From NCBI GenBank assembly GCA_041674805.1, contig JBAYVA010000001.1:262612-326611 (forward strand): DNA of 64,000 nt. Direction: 5' to 3'. A program made the position numbers and the translations under genes. Every line of letters starts with the position of its first letter. The stretch's first letter is position 1. Of this stretch, positions 18,738-29,729 are shown one piece after another. The notes under the pieces are model-generated. The model was not told the DNA's origin, ran no database searches, and saw nothing but the letters and a program-made list of their open reading frames with translations. The DNA comes from Candidatus Magasanikiibacteriota bacterium (GTDB lineage Bacteria > Patescibacteriota > Patescibacteriia > Magasanikbacterales > UBA922).

Positions 18738-20777
18738 CTAATTTTGTCTATAATTAGCCCACCAACGATAGAATTCATCAACTATTCTAGTTGCAACACC
18801 ACTACCTTCTATACCTTCTTCAACTAAAACAGTGACTACTATATCTGGATTATCAAAAGGAGCAAAAGATGTAAACCAAGAATGATTATCTTTTTCTTGA
18901 CTCCACTGAGCAGTACCTGTTTTACCAGCAACTTCAAATGGCAGAGTTGAAAGTCTACGACAAGAACCATATTCTACACAATCTTTCATACCTAGACGAA
19001 TAATATTTAGATTATTTTGATCTACAAAATTTTCATTTAAAATTTTGTTTTCTACTTCAGTTACTTCACCTGTTTCAGGATTTATTATTTCTTTTACCAA
19101 ATAAGGAGCATACAAAGTACCACCATTAGCAATACTAGCTGTCATATTGGCAATTTGCAAAGGTGTAGTTAAAAAATCTCCTTGCCCAATAGCATAATTA
19201 TATGTATCACCAATATACCACGGTTCTTTTTTGACTCTTTGCTTCCACTGTGGTGTAGGCAAGAAACCTGCTGATTCTGAAGGTAAATCTATACCAGAAA
19301 TTTTTCCAAAACCAAATTTTTTTAAATATTCATTTATTTTGTCTACACCCAAACCAACAAAATCACCATAACCACCGCCAATATAATAATAAAAAGTATT
19401 TACAGACCAAGCAATAGATCTTCTGACATTTGTAATACCATGTCCACCTGCTTGCCAATCAGGAAAAAACCATTTATCAACTCTTAAACCACCAGTACTT
19501 AAAAATGAAGTATTTTCAGTAATAACTTTTTCTTCCAAAGCTGCTGATGAAATTACTGGTTTGATAACAGAACCAGAGGGAAAATTACCACTAATAGCTC
19601 TATTGAACAATGGCATATCTTCATCTGCCAAATAAGCAGCATAAACAGCTTTGTCTATACCACCAGAAAAATCATTATTATCAAAACCAGGATAACTAAT
19701 CAAAGCTAAAATTTCACCATTTTTAGGATTCATTACTATTGCAGAAGCTCTTTTTTTTTCAATTTGTTTTAATTGACTAGCTATCAATTCTTCTAACTTA
19801 TTTTGAATATTTATATCTATAGATAAAATAATATTAGAACCAGAGACAGGATCTTTTTCAGACAAAACTTGTTGTTCTTTTCCACTTGCATTTACTTCTA
19901 CTTTTTTCTCACCATAAACACCCCGTAAATATTGTTCATATATCTTTTCTACACCTATTTTACCTATAATATCAGATGGTAAATAACCTTTTTTATAATA
20001 AGTCTCCAACTCTTCTGGAGACAATTTTCCAACATAACCTAACACGTGTGAAAGACTATTTTTATTTTGATTAATTTCATTATTTTCTTCTGCTAAATTT
20101 TCTGCTAAAGTTTGAACAGTCGTACTAACAATACCTATCACTAAATCTTCTTTGGTATTTAAATATAATCTTTTACTACCCAATTGAACATCTATACCTG
20201 GTAAATCAGCTGTGGCAATTTCAGCTTTCAAAGCTGTCTCATAAGAAATATCTTCAGCAATTACAATAGATTCTTTGGTATAATTTTTATATTTTTCCAA
20301 AATTTCAAAAACTTCTTCTCTATTTTGATTTGTAATTTCAATTAATTTATCAACTAATCTATTCATTTGGTTAATATCTTTTGGTAAATTTTTTGGAATA
20401 ACTGTCAAATAAAAATTAGAAATATTTTGTGTCAATTGTACTTTGTTTCTATCAAATATCAAACCTCTTTCAGCAATGACTGGCACATTTTTTTGACGAT
20501 TGTTTTCAGCTAATACTCGATAATTATCTCCCAACAAAATTTGTAAAAAGAAACTTCTACCTAAGATAATAGAAAAACAAAAAACTACAAAAATCAAAAA
20601 CCAAAACATTTTCTTTTGTCCAGAAAAACTTGATCCTAAGTGAGAATTACCAAAAACTAAAACATCTCCATTACCTTTGTTATTACAAAAAGAACTATCT
20701 TCTGTCCAAGATAATTTGTATTTTCCATTCATCTCTATTTTTTTTTCTGGATTTATCAAGTAAGGATCAATTTCCAT
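18738..20777 (-). CDS. mrdA: Penicillin-binding protein 2
   Basis: ERGLIFDR, PSGSVIK (SxxK), SVN (SxN), KTGTAQ; follows mreD. Confidence 0.93.
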   Translation of the reverse strand: MEIDPYLINPEKKIEMNGKYKLSWTEDSSFCNNKGNGDVLVFGNSHLGSSFSGQKKMFWFLIFVVFCFSIILGRSFFLQILLGDNYRVLAENNRQKNVPVIAERGLIFDRNKVQLTQNISNFYLTVIPKNLPKDINQMNRLVDKLIEITNQNREEVFEILEKYKNYTKESIVIAEDISYETALKAEIATADLPGIDVQLGSKRLYLNTKEDLVIGIVSTTVQTLAENLAEENNEINQNKNSLSHVLGYVGKLSPEELETYYKKGYLPSDIIGKIGVEKIYEQYLRGVYGEKKVEVNASGKEQQVLSEKDPVSGSNIILSIDINIQNKLEELIASQLKQIEKKRASAIVMNPKNGEILALISYPGFDNNDFSGGIDKAVYAAYLADEDMPLFNRAISGNFPSGSVIKPVISSAALEEKVITENTSFLSTGGLRVDKWFFPDWQAGGHGITNVRRSIAWSVNTFYYYIGGGYGDFVGLGVDKINEYLKKFGFGKISGIDLPSESAGFLPTPQWKQRVKKEPWYIGDTYNYAIGQGDFLTTPLQIANMTASIANGGTLYAPYLVKEIINPETGEVTEVENKILNENFVDQNNLNIIRLGMKDCVEYGSCRRLSTLPFEVAGKTGTAQWSQEKDNHSWFTSFAPFDNPDIVVTVLVEEGIEGSGVATRIVDEFYRWWANYRQN

Positions 20778-20781
20778 AAAA

Positions 20782-21285
20782 TTATCTAAAATTTTTATTT
20801 TTTAATATGAATTTATCTATAAAAAAATAAAAAATAAAGACAAAAAAAGTAGTCAAAAACATTTCCCAAAGATAAAAAATAAAAATATCACTATTCAAAT
20901 ATTTACCATCAAAAATAAATAAACCTGTATAAAAAGTTCTAAAAAATAAAATAGTAATTACAGACATAACTGTCAAAGACAATACTGATTTATTGGTAAA
21001 AAATTCATAATACAACCAATAAATAAATAAAAAAGCAAATGTCAAAGAAATTGTAAAAACACCAAAATACAAATCACTATACAAATCCATCAAAAATCCT
21101 GAAAAAAAAGCCAACCACACTAAGTTACCATGACCTTTAATACCCAAGAAAATAAGTAAATAAATAATTACAAAATTTATAGTATTAAATGGAAAAGGCA
21201 AAACAGAATAAAAATAAAAATTGAAAATAAAAATGATAATAGTTAAAATAATATACAAAATAGAATTTATAATATTTTTTAACAT
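20782..21285 (-). CDS. mreD: Rod shape-determining protein MreD
   Basis: Polytopic, GFLMDLYS..FG motif, position between mreC and mrdA. Confidence 0.75.
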   Translation of the reverse strand: MLKNIINSILYIILTIIIFIFNFYFYSVLPFPFNTINFVIIYLLIFLGIKGHGNLVWLAFFSGFLMDLYSDLYFGVFTISLTFAFLFIYWLYYEFFTNKSVLSLTVMSVITILFFRTFYTGLFIFDGKYLNSDIFIFYLWEMFLTTFFVFIFYFFIDKFILKNKNFR

Positions 21286-21286
21286 A

Positions 21287-22081
21287 CTACTTATTTTCTT
21301 TTATAATAACTGAAACCAAATTGATATAACCCAAATCTGCCAATGGTGTAATCACAGCTTGCTGAAAAGGCTCATGAGGTTGTTTGTCAATTATTTCCAC
21401 CTCACCTATTAACAAACCTTTTGGAATACCTTCTGTCAATCCAGAAGAGACAATAACATCACCAGGATTTATTACTTCATTTTGAGGAATATAATTCATT
21501 CTGACGCCAAGTCCATAACCACCTTCTAACAAGCCCAAACTTTTATCATTATTGATAATAGTCGCAGCAACAACACTATTATTATCATTTATCAGTCTTA
21601 CTGTAGATCTGTTTTTTTCTACTTCAATAATTCTCCCAATAAAAATACCATCAGAAACAATAACAGAATTACCAATTTCTATGTTATCTTCTATGCCTCT
21701 GTCTATTATCAAAGTAGTTCCTAAAGGATTAATAGTTCTACTTACCACTCTAGCACTTAAATAAACAAAATTTTTATCTGAAAAAAAATTTAATTGTTTT
21801 TTGAATTCTTCATTTTCTTCAGTAATTATTTGTAATTTATTTTTTATTACTTCATTTTCTTTTTTCAAATCTTCAAAATAAATTTTGTCTTCAAAAGTAA
21901 AAATTTCATCATTAGATTTAAAAAATTGTTTCAAATTATTTACTGGATGTAAAGACCAATCAATAAAAGAAATTATAGGTTTTTCCAAAAAAGTAATCAT
22001 TTTAAAATGATGTAAAACAACAAAAATCATTACTACAAAAAATATAGAAAAAAAAATAGTTGTTTTATTTTTTGTAACCAT
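21287..22081 (-). CDS. mreC: Rod shape-determining protein MreC
   Basis: TM + coiled coil, IIDRG, GDVIVSSG...PKGLLIGEV. Confidence 0.9.
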   Translation of the reverse strand: MVTKNKTTIFFSIFFVVMIFVVLHHFKMITFLEKPIISFIDWSLHPVNNLKQFFKSNDEIFTFEDKIYFEDLKKENEVIKNKLQIITEENEEFKKQLNFFSDKNFVYLSARVVSRTINPLGTTLIIDRGIEDNIEIGNSVIVSDGIFIGRIIEVEKNRSTVRLINDNNSVVAATIINNDKSLGLLEGGYGLGVRMNYIPQNEVINPGDVIVSSGLTEGIPKGLLIGEVEIIDKQPHEPFQQAVITPLADLGYINLVSVIIKENK

Positions 22082-22114
22082 AATAAAACTACAGAATAAA
22101 ACTAAAACAATACT

Positions 22115-23161
22115 TTATCTTTTATCTTTTGAAGAAGGCAAAGCAATATTTTTTAATAATTCTGGTTCTTCTAACAAAATACCAGCCCCCCGTACTGTAG
22201 TAGTCAAAGGATCATCAGCTATTCTAACAGCAATTTCAGTTGCTCTAGAAATAATTTTGTCCATACCACGAAGCAAAGCCCCTCCACCTACTAGCAAAAT
22301 ACCACGTTCATGTATATCTGCAATAAGTTCTGGTGGTGTGGTTTCCAAAGTCATTTTTATATGTTCTACAATAGTTTTGATACTACGAGCCAAAGCTTCT
22401 CTAATTTGATTATCTGTTATCAAAACTTCTTTTGGCAAACCAGTAATGACATCTCTACCTTTCATTTGAAATTCAATGACTTCATTACTTGGCAAAGCAG
22501 AACCAACTTTCAATTTTATTTGTTCAGCATGACTCTCACCTACCAATAAATTAAAAACTTCTCTCGCATATTGAATAATATTTCTATTCATTTCATCTCC
22601 TGCTATTTGGGTAGATTTCCAAGTTACAACACCATTCAATGATAAAACCGCAATTTCTGTATTGCCAGCACCAATATCTACTACCATATTCCCCACAGGT
22701 TCTTGAATTGGCAAACGTGCCCCAATAGCAGCTGCCATAGGACCTTGTACTACAATCACTTCACGAGCACCCGCTGAAGTGACAGCATCTTCTACAGCTT
22801 TTATTTCTACTTCAGTTACTTCTAGTGGTACTGCAATAATTACACGCGGACGACTAGTAAAAGAAAAACCATCTCTTTGTACTTTGTCTATAAAATATTT
22901 CAACATTTTTTCTGTAACTTCATAATCAGAAATAACTCCAGCAGTAAGAGGTCTTGTCACTTGGATATGAGCAGGTGTTTTACCAAGCATTTGTTTAGCT
23001 TCTTGTCCTACAGCAAGAATTTGTTCAGTTTTAATATTTACAGCCACAACAGAAGGTTCATCAATTACGATACCTTTTTCCGGAGTATAAACTAAAGTAT
23101 TGCCAGTTCCCAAGTCAATCGCAATATCTTTACCTATTTTTTTAAACAATTTTTCAAACAT
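22115..23161 (-). CDS. mreB: Rod shape-determining protein MreB
   Basis: IAIDLGTGNT, EPSVVA, AAAIGA, GGGALLRG. Confidence 0.96.
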   Translation of the reverse strand: MFEKLFKKIGKDIAIDLGTGNTLVYTPEKGIVIDEPSVVAVNIKTEQILAVGQEAKQMLGKTPAHIQVTRPLTAGVISDYEVTEKMLKYFIDKVQRDGFSFTSRPRVIIAVPLEVTEVEIKAVEDAVTSAGAREVIVVQGPMAAAIGARLPIQEPVGNMVVDIGAGNTEIAVLSLNGVVTWKSTQIAGDEMNRNIIQYAREVFNLLVGESHAEQIKLKVGSALPSNEVIEFQMKGRDVITGLPKEVLITDNQIREALARSIKTIVEHIKMTLETTPPELIADIHERGILLVGGGALLRGMDKIISRATEIAVRIADDPLTTTVRGAGILLEEPELLKNIALPSSKDKR

Positions 23162-23259
23162 ATTTTAATTAAAACACTAGAACATAAAAACATTAAAACA
23201 ATTTTTTCAAATAAATTATTATTTCAATGTGTTCATTTATATCTACTAAATAATTTTTA

Positions 23260-24495
23260 CTATTTTAATAATTCATCAATTGCAATAATTTTAGCTTCAC
23301 TTTCATTACGTTTTTTCATTTCAACAGAATCTTGTGCCAAAGTCTTTGGACTAATAATGACACGAAGAGGAATACCGATTAAATCACTATCAGCAAACTT
23401 CTCCCCTGCTCGCACGCCAACTCTATCATCATACAAGACTTCTTTGCCTTGTTTTGTCAAAGTTTCATAAAGTTCATCAGCTTTCTTCACATCAGCTTCT
23501 TCTGTACAAAGTGAGACTAAATGAATTTGGAAAGGAGCAACACTTTCTGGCCAGATAATACCTTTGTCATCAGATAAAGCTTCTACGACAGTACCTATCA
23601 AACGACTAAGTCCAATACCATAACAACCCATTAAAACTATATGATTTTGTCCTTGATCATCAGTAAATGACAAATCAAAAGGTGCAGAAAATTTTGTTTT
23701 CAAGTCAAAAATATTACCTACTTCAATAGATTTTTTTTCTACTAATTTTTCTTTTTCAAAACCTAGACTTTCTAAAACCTCATCATTAAAGACCTCTTTA
23801 TTTACAGCAAGTTTCTTTTCTTCATCAACATAGATAGTATCTTCACCAGCATTGGTGATAGTCTGGAATTCGTGTGAATATTTTGAAAAAGTACCACCAG
23901 AAGCAAAGGTCATGTAAGTTATACTACCAAGACCAACTCTTTCAAAAATATTTTTGTAAACATCTTTCATTTTATCATAGAATTTTTCAAAATCTTCTTG
24001 TGAAGTATGGAAAGAGTACATATCTTTCATAATAAATTCTCTACCACGCAAAATACCAGATTTGGCGCGAAGTTCCATTCTAAATTTATTTTGAATTTGA
24101 TAGACTACAACAGGAAAATCTTTGTATGAATTGGCATAATTTTTCAAAATTGGAACTACTATTTCTTCATGAGTAGGACCTAATGCAACCTCTCTACCAG
24201 AAGAATCACTGACTTTGTACAAATCATCCATAGAAGTCCAACGTTCAGTTTTTTCCCAGTTTTCTTTTGGTTGAAAAGAAGACATAAGTATTTCTTGACC
24301 ACCAGCTTTATCCATTTCTTCTCTGATTATGTTTTCTATTTTTTTGAAGACTCTTAGACCTAAAGGTAAATAAGAGTAAACACCAGCCATTTCTTTGTTA
24401 ACAAATCCTGCACGAATAAGTAGTTGAGCATTTTTTGACACTTCATCAGCAGGCGCCTCTTTGCGAGTTTTGGTAAATAATTGTGATTGTTTCAT
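23260..24495 (-). CDS. proS: Proline--tRNA ligase (short form without editing domain)
   Basis: MKQSQLF start, GPTHEE, REFIMKDMYSF, MGCYGIG, GEKFADSDLIG. Confidence 0.93.
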   Translation of the reverse strand: MKQSQLFTKTRKEAPADEVSKNAQLLIRAGFVNKEMAGVYSYLPLGLRVFKKIENIIREEMDKAGGQEILMSSFQPKENWEKTERWTSMDDLYKVSDSSGREVALGPTHEEIVVPILKNYANSYKDFPVVVYQIQNKFRMELRAKSGILRGREFIMKDMYSFHTSQEDFEKFYDKMKDVYKNIFERVGLGSITYMTFASGGTFSKYSHEFQTITNAGEDTIYVDEEKKLAVNKEVFNDEVLESLGFEKEKLVEKKSIEVGNIFDLKTKFSAPFDLSFTDDQGQNHIVLMGCYGIGLSRLIGTVVEALSDDKGIIWPESVAPFQIHLVSLCTEEADVKKADELYETLTKQGKEVLYDDRVGVRAGEKFADSDLIGIPLRVIISPKTLAQDSVEMKKRNESEAKIIAIDELLK

Positions 24496-24632
24496 AATAA
24501 TAATTTTAATAGAATTTATTTTAATTTTAAATTTTATCAACATTACGAATAAATGGAGATAAAATAAAGATACAATTGAGATAATTTTAGCTGAGTCTGC
24601 TGTATCTGCTGACAGCTGTATCTGCTTATTTA

Positions 24633-25022
24633 CTACCCCACGGGTTTGTGCTTAACTGAAATATTAAAAGATATAATCAAAACAAAAATAATCAATAATA
24701 ATGTTCCTGTTACAACATTTAGATAATTATTACCTTGTAAAAACAAAGTAAAAATCAAAAATGAAGAAAGAAACAAAGATTGACGAAAACTTATCTGCAC
24801 ATATCTAAATAAAGGCATTTCTTTTGATCCAAATAATTTGTAAAAAAAGAAAAAAATAATAGAAAAAGTACCAAGCACAGACAAAAGCAAACTACCATAA
24901 AAAAACAAAAAACCCGAAACAGGAGTAGTAAAAGGATCAATATTGTTTATGACAAAAAACCAAGAAACCCAACACAGCATAGTGGCAAACATCATGGTAA
25001 ATATATATTGTCTCAAATTCAT
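24633..25022 (-). CDS. Hypothetical four-TM membrane protein
   Basis: 129-aa ORF with four hydrophobic stretches. Confidence 0.7.
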   Translation of the reverse strand: MNLRQYIFTMMFATMLCWVSWFFVINNIDPFTTPVSGFLFFYGSLLLSVLGTFSIIFFFFYKLFGSKEMPLFRYVQISFRQSLFLSSFLIFTLFLQGNNYLNVVTGTLLLIIFVLIISFNISVKHKPVG

Positions 25023-25112
25023 ATAATTTTAGATATAAAACAAAATATAGCTATATTTAGCTATATCTTATATTACACTTTTTTTGTGGCTTTGGCAAGG
25101 GTAGTTTTCTAG

Positions 25113-25910
25113 CTATTTTTTGGCTTTTTTTCTAGGAAAAATACTTTTAACTCTACCCCAAAGACCAACTACTTCTTGTTTTTCTTCTATTTCTAATTCT
25201 TCTACTTTTGGCACAAGAATTAATTCACCTTGACCTACATTATCTGCAATAGATAATTTACCATCAGCACCAAGCAATCTTACAGCTTCAGTTTTTTTAA
25301 ACTTACCTAATTCTTCAACAATAACATCACCAGCATTTTTCCAGTTCGTACTTAATTTTGGTGAATGAATATTGAATATTTTTTTTAATATTTCTATATT
25401 TGGATTACTACAAAGATATATAATATTTTCAGCAAAATTTGAAGAATTGTATATAGCTTCTAACAAAGTCTTAATTTGTATATCAGATAATTTGTCTACA
25501 CTAATGAGTGAAAATAACAAATTAGTTGCTACTCTTGGTTGTTTCAAAATTCTATTCCATAAAACATCCAAATTACCATCATATTCATGCATAGTCAATA
25601 ATACATACAATTCCTGTGCTGCTACGCCTGTTTTATCATTTGCAACAGCTTGTATTAATTTTTGCATTCTTGTTTCAGGGATAATATGACCTCTTTCTAT
25701 AATATCTTTTATAAAATGTAAACATCTTCTTGGATTTTCTTCTAATAATTTAAAAGTAGCTTCCTCATGTAAATTAAAACCTGTTTCAGCTATTTCATCT
25801 GTTTCAGTTGATGATCTATCATTTCTGATATGAACAAATCCCTCAGAAGTGATTGGCTCTTGTTTTCCTTCTTGTCTAATCCAATCATAAGATGGACTTC
25901 TTTCTGACAT
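25113..25910 (-). CDS. Hypothetical protein
   Basis: 265-aa ORF, helical-looking, no family recognised. Confidence 0.6.
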   Translation of the reverse strand: MSERSPSYDWIRQEGKQEPITSEGFVHIRNDRSSTETDEIAETGFNLHEEATFKLLEENPRRCLHFIKDIIERGHIIPETRMQKLIQAVANDKTGVAAQELYVLLTMHEYDGNLDVLWNRILKQPRVATNLLFSLISVDKLSDIQIKTLLEAIYNSSNFAENIIYLCSNPNIEILKKIFNIHSPKLSTNWKNAGDVIVEELGKFKKTEAVRLLGADGKLSIADNVGQGELILVPKVEELEIEEKQEVVGLWGRVKSIFPRKKAKK

Positions 25911-25932
25911 ATTATAAAAATTAAAAATAAAT

Positions 25933-26232
25933 TTAAGCCAAATATCTAATCCTATCTACTTCATTTCTTCCTAATTTTTCATTCAATTTATCCACTATTT
26001 GTACTTGATTAAGCCTTATCTCTTGAGCCATAGCAGAACTACTGCAACTTATAGTCAAAGTTCTGTTTTTGAGAAAAAGTGGAATAGCGGTATTTGCCAA
26101 TTCTTCACCAAACATCTCTGATAACACAACTTTGGCTTCCTCAACTACTTGAGAATCCTCCAATTGTTTTTTGAGTGGGCCTTTTTGAGCGAATCTACTA
26201 TTTAGTGTGTCTCCAAGGGAGGAAAAGGGCAT
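25933..26232 (-). CDS. DUF721/DciA family protein
   Basis: TLTISCSSSAMAQEIRL....IVDKLNEKLG...VDRIRY pattern. Confidence 0.72.
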   Translation of the reverse strand: MPFSSLGDTLNSRFAQKGPLKKQLEDSQVVEEAKVVLSEMFGEELANTAIPLFLKNRTLTISCSSSAMAQEIRLNQVQIVDKLNEKLGRNEVDRIRYLA

Positions 26233-26400
26233 AAATTCTTTGTATAAATAAATGGAGATAAACTTGAGATAAATAGAGATGATACAATAGTTTTTCGGTT
26301 AAAACTCATCTCAAGTGTATCTCTATCTTATCTCTTCGTCTTTTATCTTACCACACATCATTTCAAAATCCAAATTATTCTTAATAAACAAAGCCCAACA

Positions 26401-29340
26401 TCAAAGTTGTCTAAACTCACATATTTCTTTAAAATCACAATACTGACAAACATGTTTATTTGGGGTAGCTTTAAAATCCCCCTTTTGAATTCGTTCCATT
26501 GCGTCAAATAGCTTGGCTTCTAACTTTTCTTTGTCTTTGTCTGTGCCTACAAAAGACATTTTCTTGTTTTCATTTAAATAAAAGAAAGTTAATTTATCTA
26601 TCTTTCCTAAATTTTGATATTGTGGCAAAGTTTCTACAGCAATTTGATAAATAAGCAATTGTTGTTTGTCATCAATCGTCAGCTTATCTTTTGGTTGTCC
26701 TGTCTTATAATCTATAATCTCCAATTTATTATCTCCCACAGCATCTATTCTATCTATTCTACCTTTGACAAGATACTCACCTATTTTTATTTTAAATCCG
26801 CCTTCGATTGTCACGGGTATTGTCCAATTGTTTTCTTGTGATTTGTAAAATTCTTTAAGCAATTCTTCACCTTTGGCAAAATATTCTTCTCTTTGATTTT
26901 TACTCTTGTACCAATCTGGAATCCATTTCCTTTTGTAAATTGCGAGTAATTCTTCTTGACTTGGTACTTTTGTTTTGCCAGTACTTTTGTCTTCGGTAAC
27001 AGTCTCAAACAAAGATACTTGCTTAGCACTATTTATATCTTGAACTTTTTCATAAAATTCTTGCAAAGTACTGTGAATAGTATTACCAAAACTAAAATGA
27101 GGGCTACCTTTACTTGGTAAATTCAAAACATAAGCCAACTTGTAATTGTAAGGACATTTTTGGTAAGTACTAATACGAGAATAAGAAAATATTTTTGGTG
27201 GAATGTATTCTATTTCTTCTTCAGCATTTTCTATTTGCGTATTTAGTTTCTTGATTTCTTGCATTAGAGTTTGTTCTTTTTCAACAAGTTTTTTTTCTTT
27301 ATTATCGAAATCAAGTTCAGCCAAAAAGCGACTTATTTTCTTTGCTCTAGTACCACCATAACTACTTGCACTGGTCAAAAATAATCTTTGTTTGGCACGA
27401 GTCACTGCCACATAAAAAAGACGACGCTCTTCCTGATAATGCAAATCATTATTTTCCAAAAACTTTTCTCTAATAAGTTCATCTGGCAAAGGTATGCCTT
27501 CACTCTTGCGTCTAGTTGGAAATCTTTCTTCCACCAAATTCACAATGAAAACATTTTTGTATTCTAAACCTTTTGAACCATGAACTGTAATAATATTAAC
27601 TGAGTCTGGTGTATCTTTGATTTGATTTATTTTGCCACCGTCCCCTGATTCGATGATGAATTCATAATTCTCAACAAAACCAGCCACATGAGCTCCCGGT
27701 ACATTTTCTTCATAAGTCCGAATAAGATCAAAAAATTGTTTCAAATGATAAATTTGTCTAATAACATCTTTGTTTCCTTTGTTTTCTTCAATAGTTAGAT
27801 ATGACAAATAGCCAATGCTTTCCATAAATTGATAAAGCAAACTGGTTGGCTTTTCAAATTTACTTTGTTTGATTCCTTCGTGACAGGCGTTCAATAATTT
27901 GTTAGCCATTTCTATCGCGTGATTAGACAAAAAGAATTCTTGAGCTCGCTTGAGTGTTTCATAATAAGACATACTTTTTCTCTTGGCAGTACTTGTCACT
28001 TTTTGCAAATCGTTTTGACTAAATTCCAAAAACGGCATTTTTAGCAAACGAAAAAATGCTTTATCATCATAAATATTAGTCAGAAGTGTGAGGAAATTGA
28101 AAGCATCAATCACAATATCTTGACGATAAAGTCCTGCAGATGCTAGATATTCAAAAGGAATGCCAAAGCTTTCCAAAGCGTTGCTAAATGGCTCTACGTG
28201 AGAATTAGCACGAACAAGAATTGCGAAATCATCCCAGTTACTATCTTTATCATTTTCTTTTATTTCCACTATTTTGTTTATCACGCCTACTACTTCTTCA
28301 TCAAGCGTTTCATAATGTAAATGTTCTATTTGAGTGTACAAATCTTTGAGGCCACTTTCTAATCTTTTACTAATTTGTAATTTTTCTTCTAGACGATGTG
28401 GATTATTATTTTTGATAGAGTTGTAAGCCAAATCCAAGATTTCTTGACCAGAACGATAATTGTCTGTCAGAACAATATTTTTAGCATCAGGATAATCTGT
28501 TTTGAAATTCATGATGATAGCGACATTGGAACCACGAAAAGAATAAATAGCTTGATCATCATCCCCTACTACTGTTAGTTTATTATTTTCTCCTGTTAAC
28601 AATTTTACCAATTGATATTGCGCCCAATTGACATCTTGAAACTCATCTACCATTATATATTTAAATCTTTTTTGTAATTTTTTGAGCACGTTTGGTCTAT
28701 CTTGCAAAAGTTTGACTGCATAAAAAATAATATCACCAAAATCCATTGACTCATTATCCAATAATAATTTTTGATATTTATTATAGGCATCAGCTAATTC
28801 AATCAATCTATTTTTTTCTTGTTTTTCAGCTTCATCTTTGTCCAAAATCAAAGACTTTACATAATCCAAATAAGCTTGCGGTGTTATCATTTCATCTTTG
28901 GCTTTGGAAAAGTGTGTAAGAAGTTCATGAATATAACGATTGGGACTACCCATTGGTCGATAATAATCAAAATTAAAATCATAAATATGTTCTCGCAAAA
29001 GCAACCAAGCATCTGTTTCATTTAATAATTTGAAATGATTTGGTAGGCCAATCTCAAGACCATATTCTTCCAAAACTTTTTGGCAAAAACTATGAAATGT
29101 AGAAATTTGCATTTCGGTATAATTGGCTTCAATCAGGTCGTCTACTCTATCTTGCATTTCTTGCGCTGCTTTGTCAGTAAAAGTCAAAGCCAAAATTTCT
29201 TCGGGCATAGCCAATTTTTGCTCGACAATGTGAGCAATTTTTTTGGTAATGACGGTAGTTTTGCCAGTACCAGCTCCAGCAATGATCAACAAATTACCGT
29301 CGTTGTATTCTATGGCTTCTTTTTGGTTTTTATTTAACAT
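26401..29340 (-). CDS. UvrD/PcrA-type helicase fused to a C-terminal PD-(D/E)XK nuclease
   Basis: AGAGTGKT, VDEFQD, VGDDDQAIY, SKGLE, EERRLFYVAVTRA; GRIDRID, IIDYKTG, KCP...CQYCDFKEIC. Confidence 0.92.
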   Translation of the reverse strand: MLNKNQKEAIEYNDGNLLIIAGAGTGKTTVITKKIAHIVEQKLAMPEEILALTFTDKAAQEMQDRVDDLIEANYTEMQISTFHSFCQKVLEEYGLEIGLPNHFKLLNETDAWLLLREHIYDFNFDYYRPMGSPNRYIHELLTHFSKAKDEMITPQAYLDYVKSLILDKDEAEKQEKNRLIELADAYNKYQKLLLDNESMDFGDIIFYAVKLLQDRPNVLKKLQKRFKYIMVDEFQDVNWAQYQLVKLLTGENNKLTVVGDDDQAIYSFRGSNVAIIMNFKTDYPDAKNIVLTDNYRSGQEILDLAYNSIKNNNPHRLEEKLQISKRLESGLKDLYTQIEHLHYETLDEEVVGVINKIVEIKENDKDSNWDDFAILVRANSHVEPFSNALESFGIPFEYLASAGLYRQDIVIDAFNFLTLLTNIYDDKAFFRLLKMPFLEFSQNDLQKVTSTAKRKSMSYYETLKRAQEFFLSNHAIEMANKLLNACHEGIKQSKFEKPTSLLYQFMESIGYLSYLTIEENKGNKDVIRQIYHLKQFFDLIRTYEENVPGAHVAGFVENYEFIIESGDGGKINQIKDTPDSVNIITVHGSKGLEYKNVFIVNLVEERFPTRRKSEGIPLPDELIREKFLENNDLHYQEERRLFYVAVTRAKQRLFLTSASSYGGTRAKKISRFLAELDFDNKEKKLVEKEQTLMQEIKKLNTQIENAEEEIEYIPPKIFSYSRISTYQKCPYNYKLAYVLNLPSKGSPHFSFGNTIHSTLQEFYEKVQDINSAKQVSLFETVTEDKSTGKTKVPSQEELLAIYKRKWIPDWYKSKNQREEYFAKGEELLKEFYKSQENNWTIPVTIEGGFKIKIGEYLVKGRIDRIDAVGDNKLEIIDYKTGQPKDKLTIDDKQQLLIYQIAVETLPQYQNLGKIDKLTFFYLNENKKMSFVGTDKDKEKLEAKLFDAMERIQKGDFKATPNKHVCQYCDFKEICEFRQL

Positions 29341-29522
29341 ACTGAGCAGAGCTAAGTATCTTTCCTAAGAAAAATATCAATAATAAGAAAAAACTTCATC
29401 TATATTAAAATTGTTTAAGCTAGTATTATTCTACTACAATTATTCAAAAAAACAAAATCTCCCCAACTAAGAGAGATTCTATTCCGCGTCTATCCGCGTA
29501 AATATCCGTTTAATCTGCATTT

Positions 29523-29675
29523 TTAAACTCCACAATTACATCCACCACAACAACTATCTTCTTTGTCTGTTTCCTCATCACAAGCGCATTCACCTGTTTC
29601 ACAACAAGCGTCTTCTGCTACTTCTTTTTCATCTTTATCTTCTTTACAATCACAATTTTGACATGTATTTTGCAT
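29523..29675 (-). CDS. 50-aa Cys/acid-rich peptide, metallothionein-like (not in ORF track)
   Basis: Translated by hand: MQNTCQNCDCKEDKDEKEVAEDACCETGECACDEETDKEDSCCGGCNCGV*; co-oriented just after the ABC exporter, hairpin at 29453-29478 downstream. Confidence 0.75.
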   Translation of the reverse strand: MQNTCQNCDCKEDKDEKEVAEDACCETGECACDEETDKEDSCCGGCNCGV

Positions 29676-29729
29676 ATTTTTCTAAATTTAAAAATTATAA
29701 GTATATACTATAATTACAGAACAAAAATG

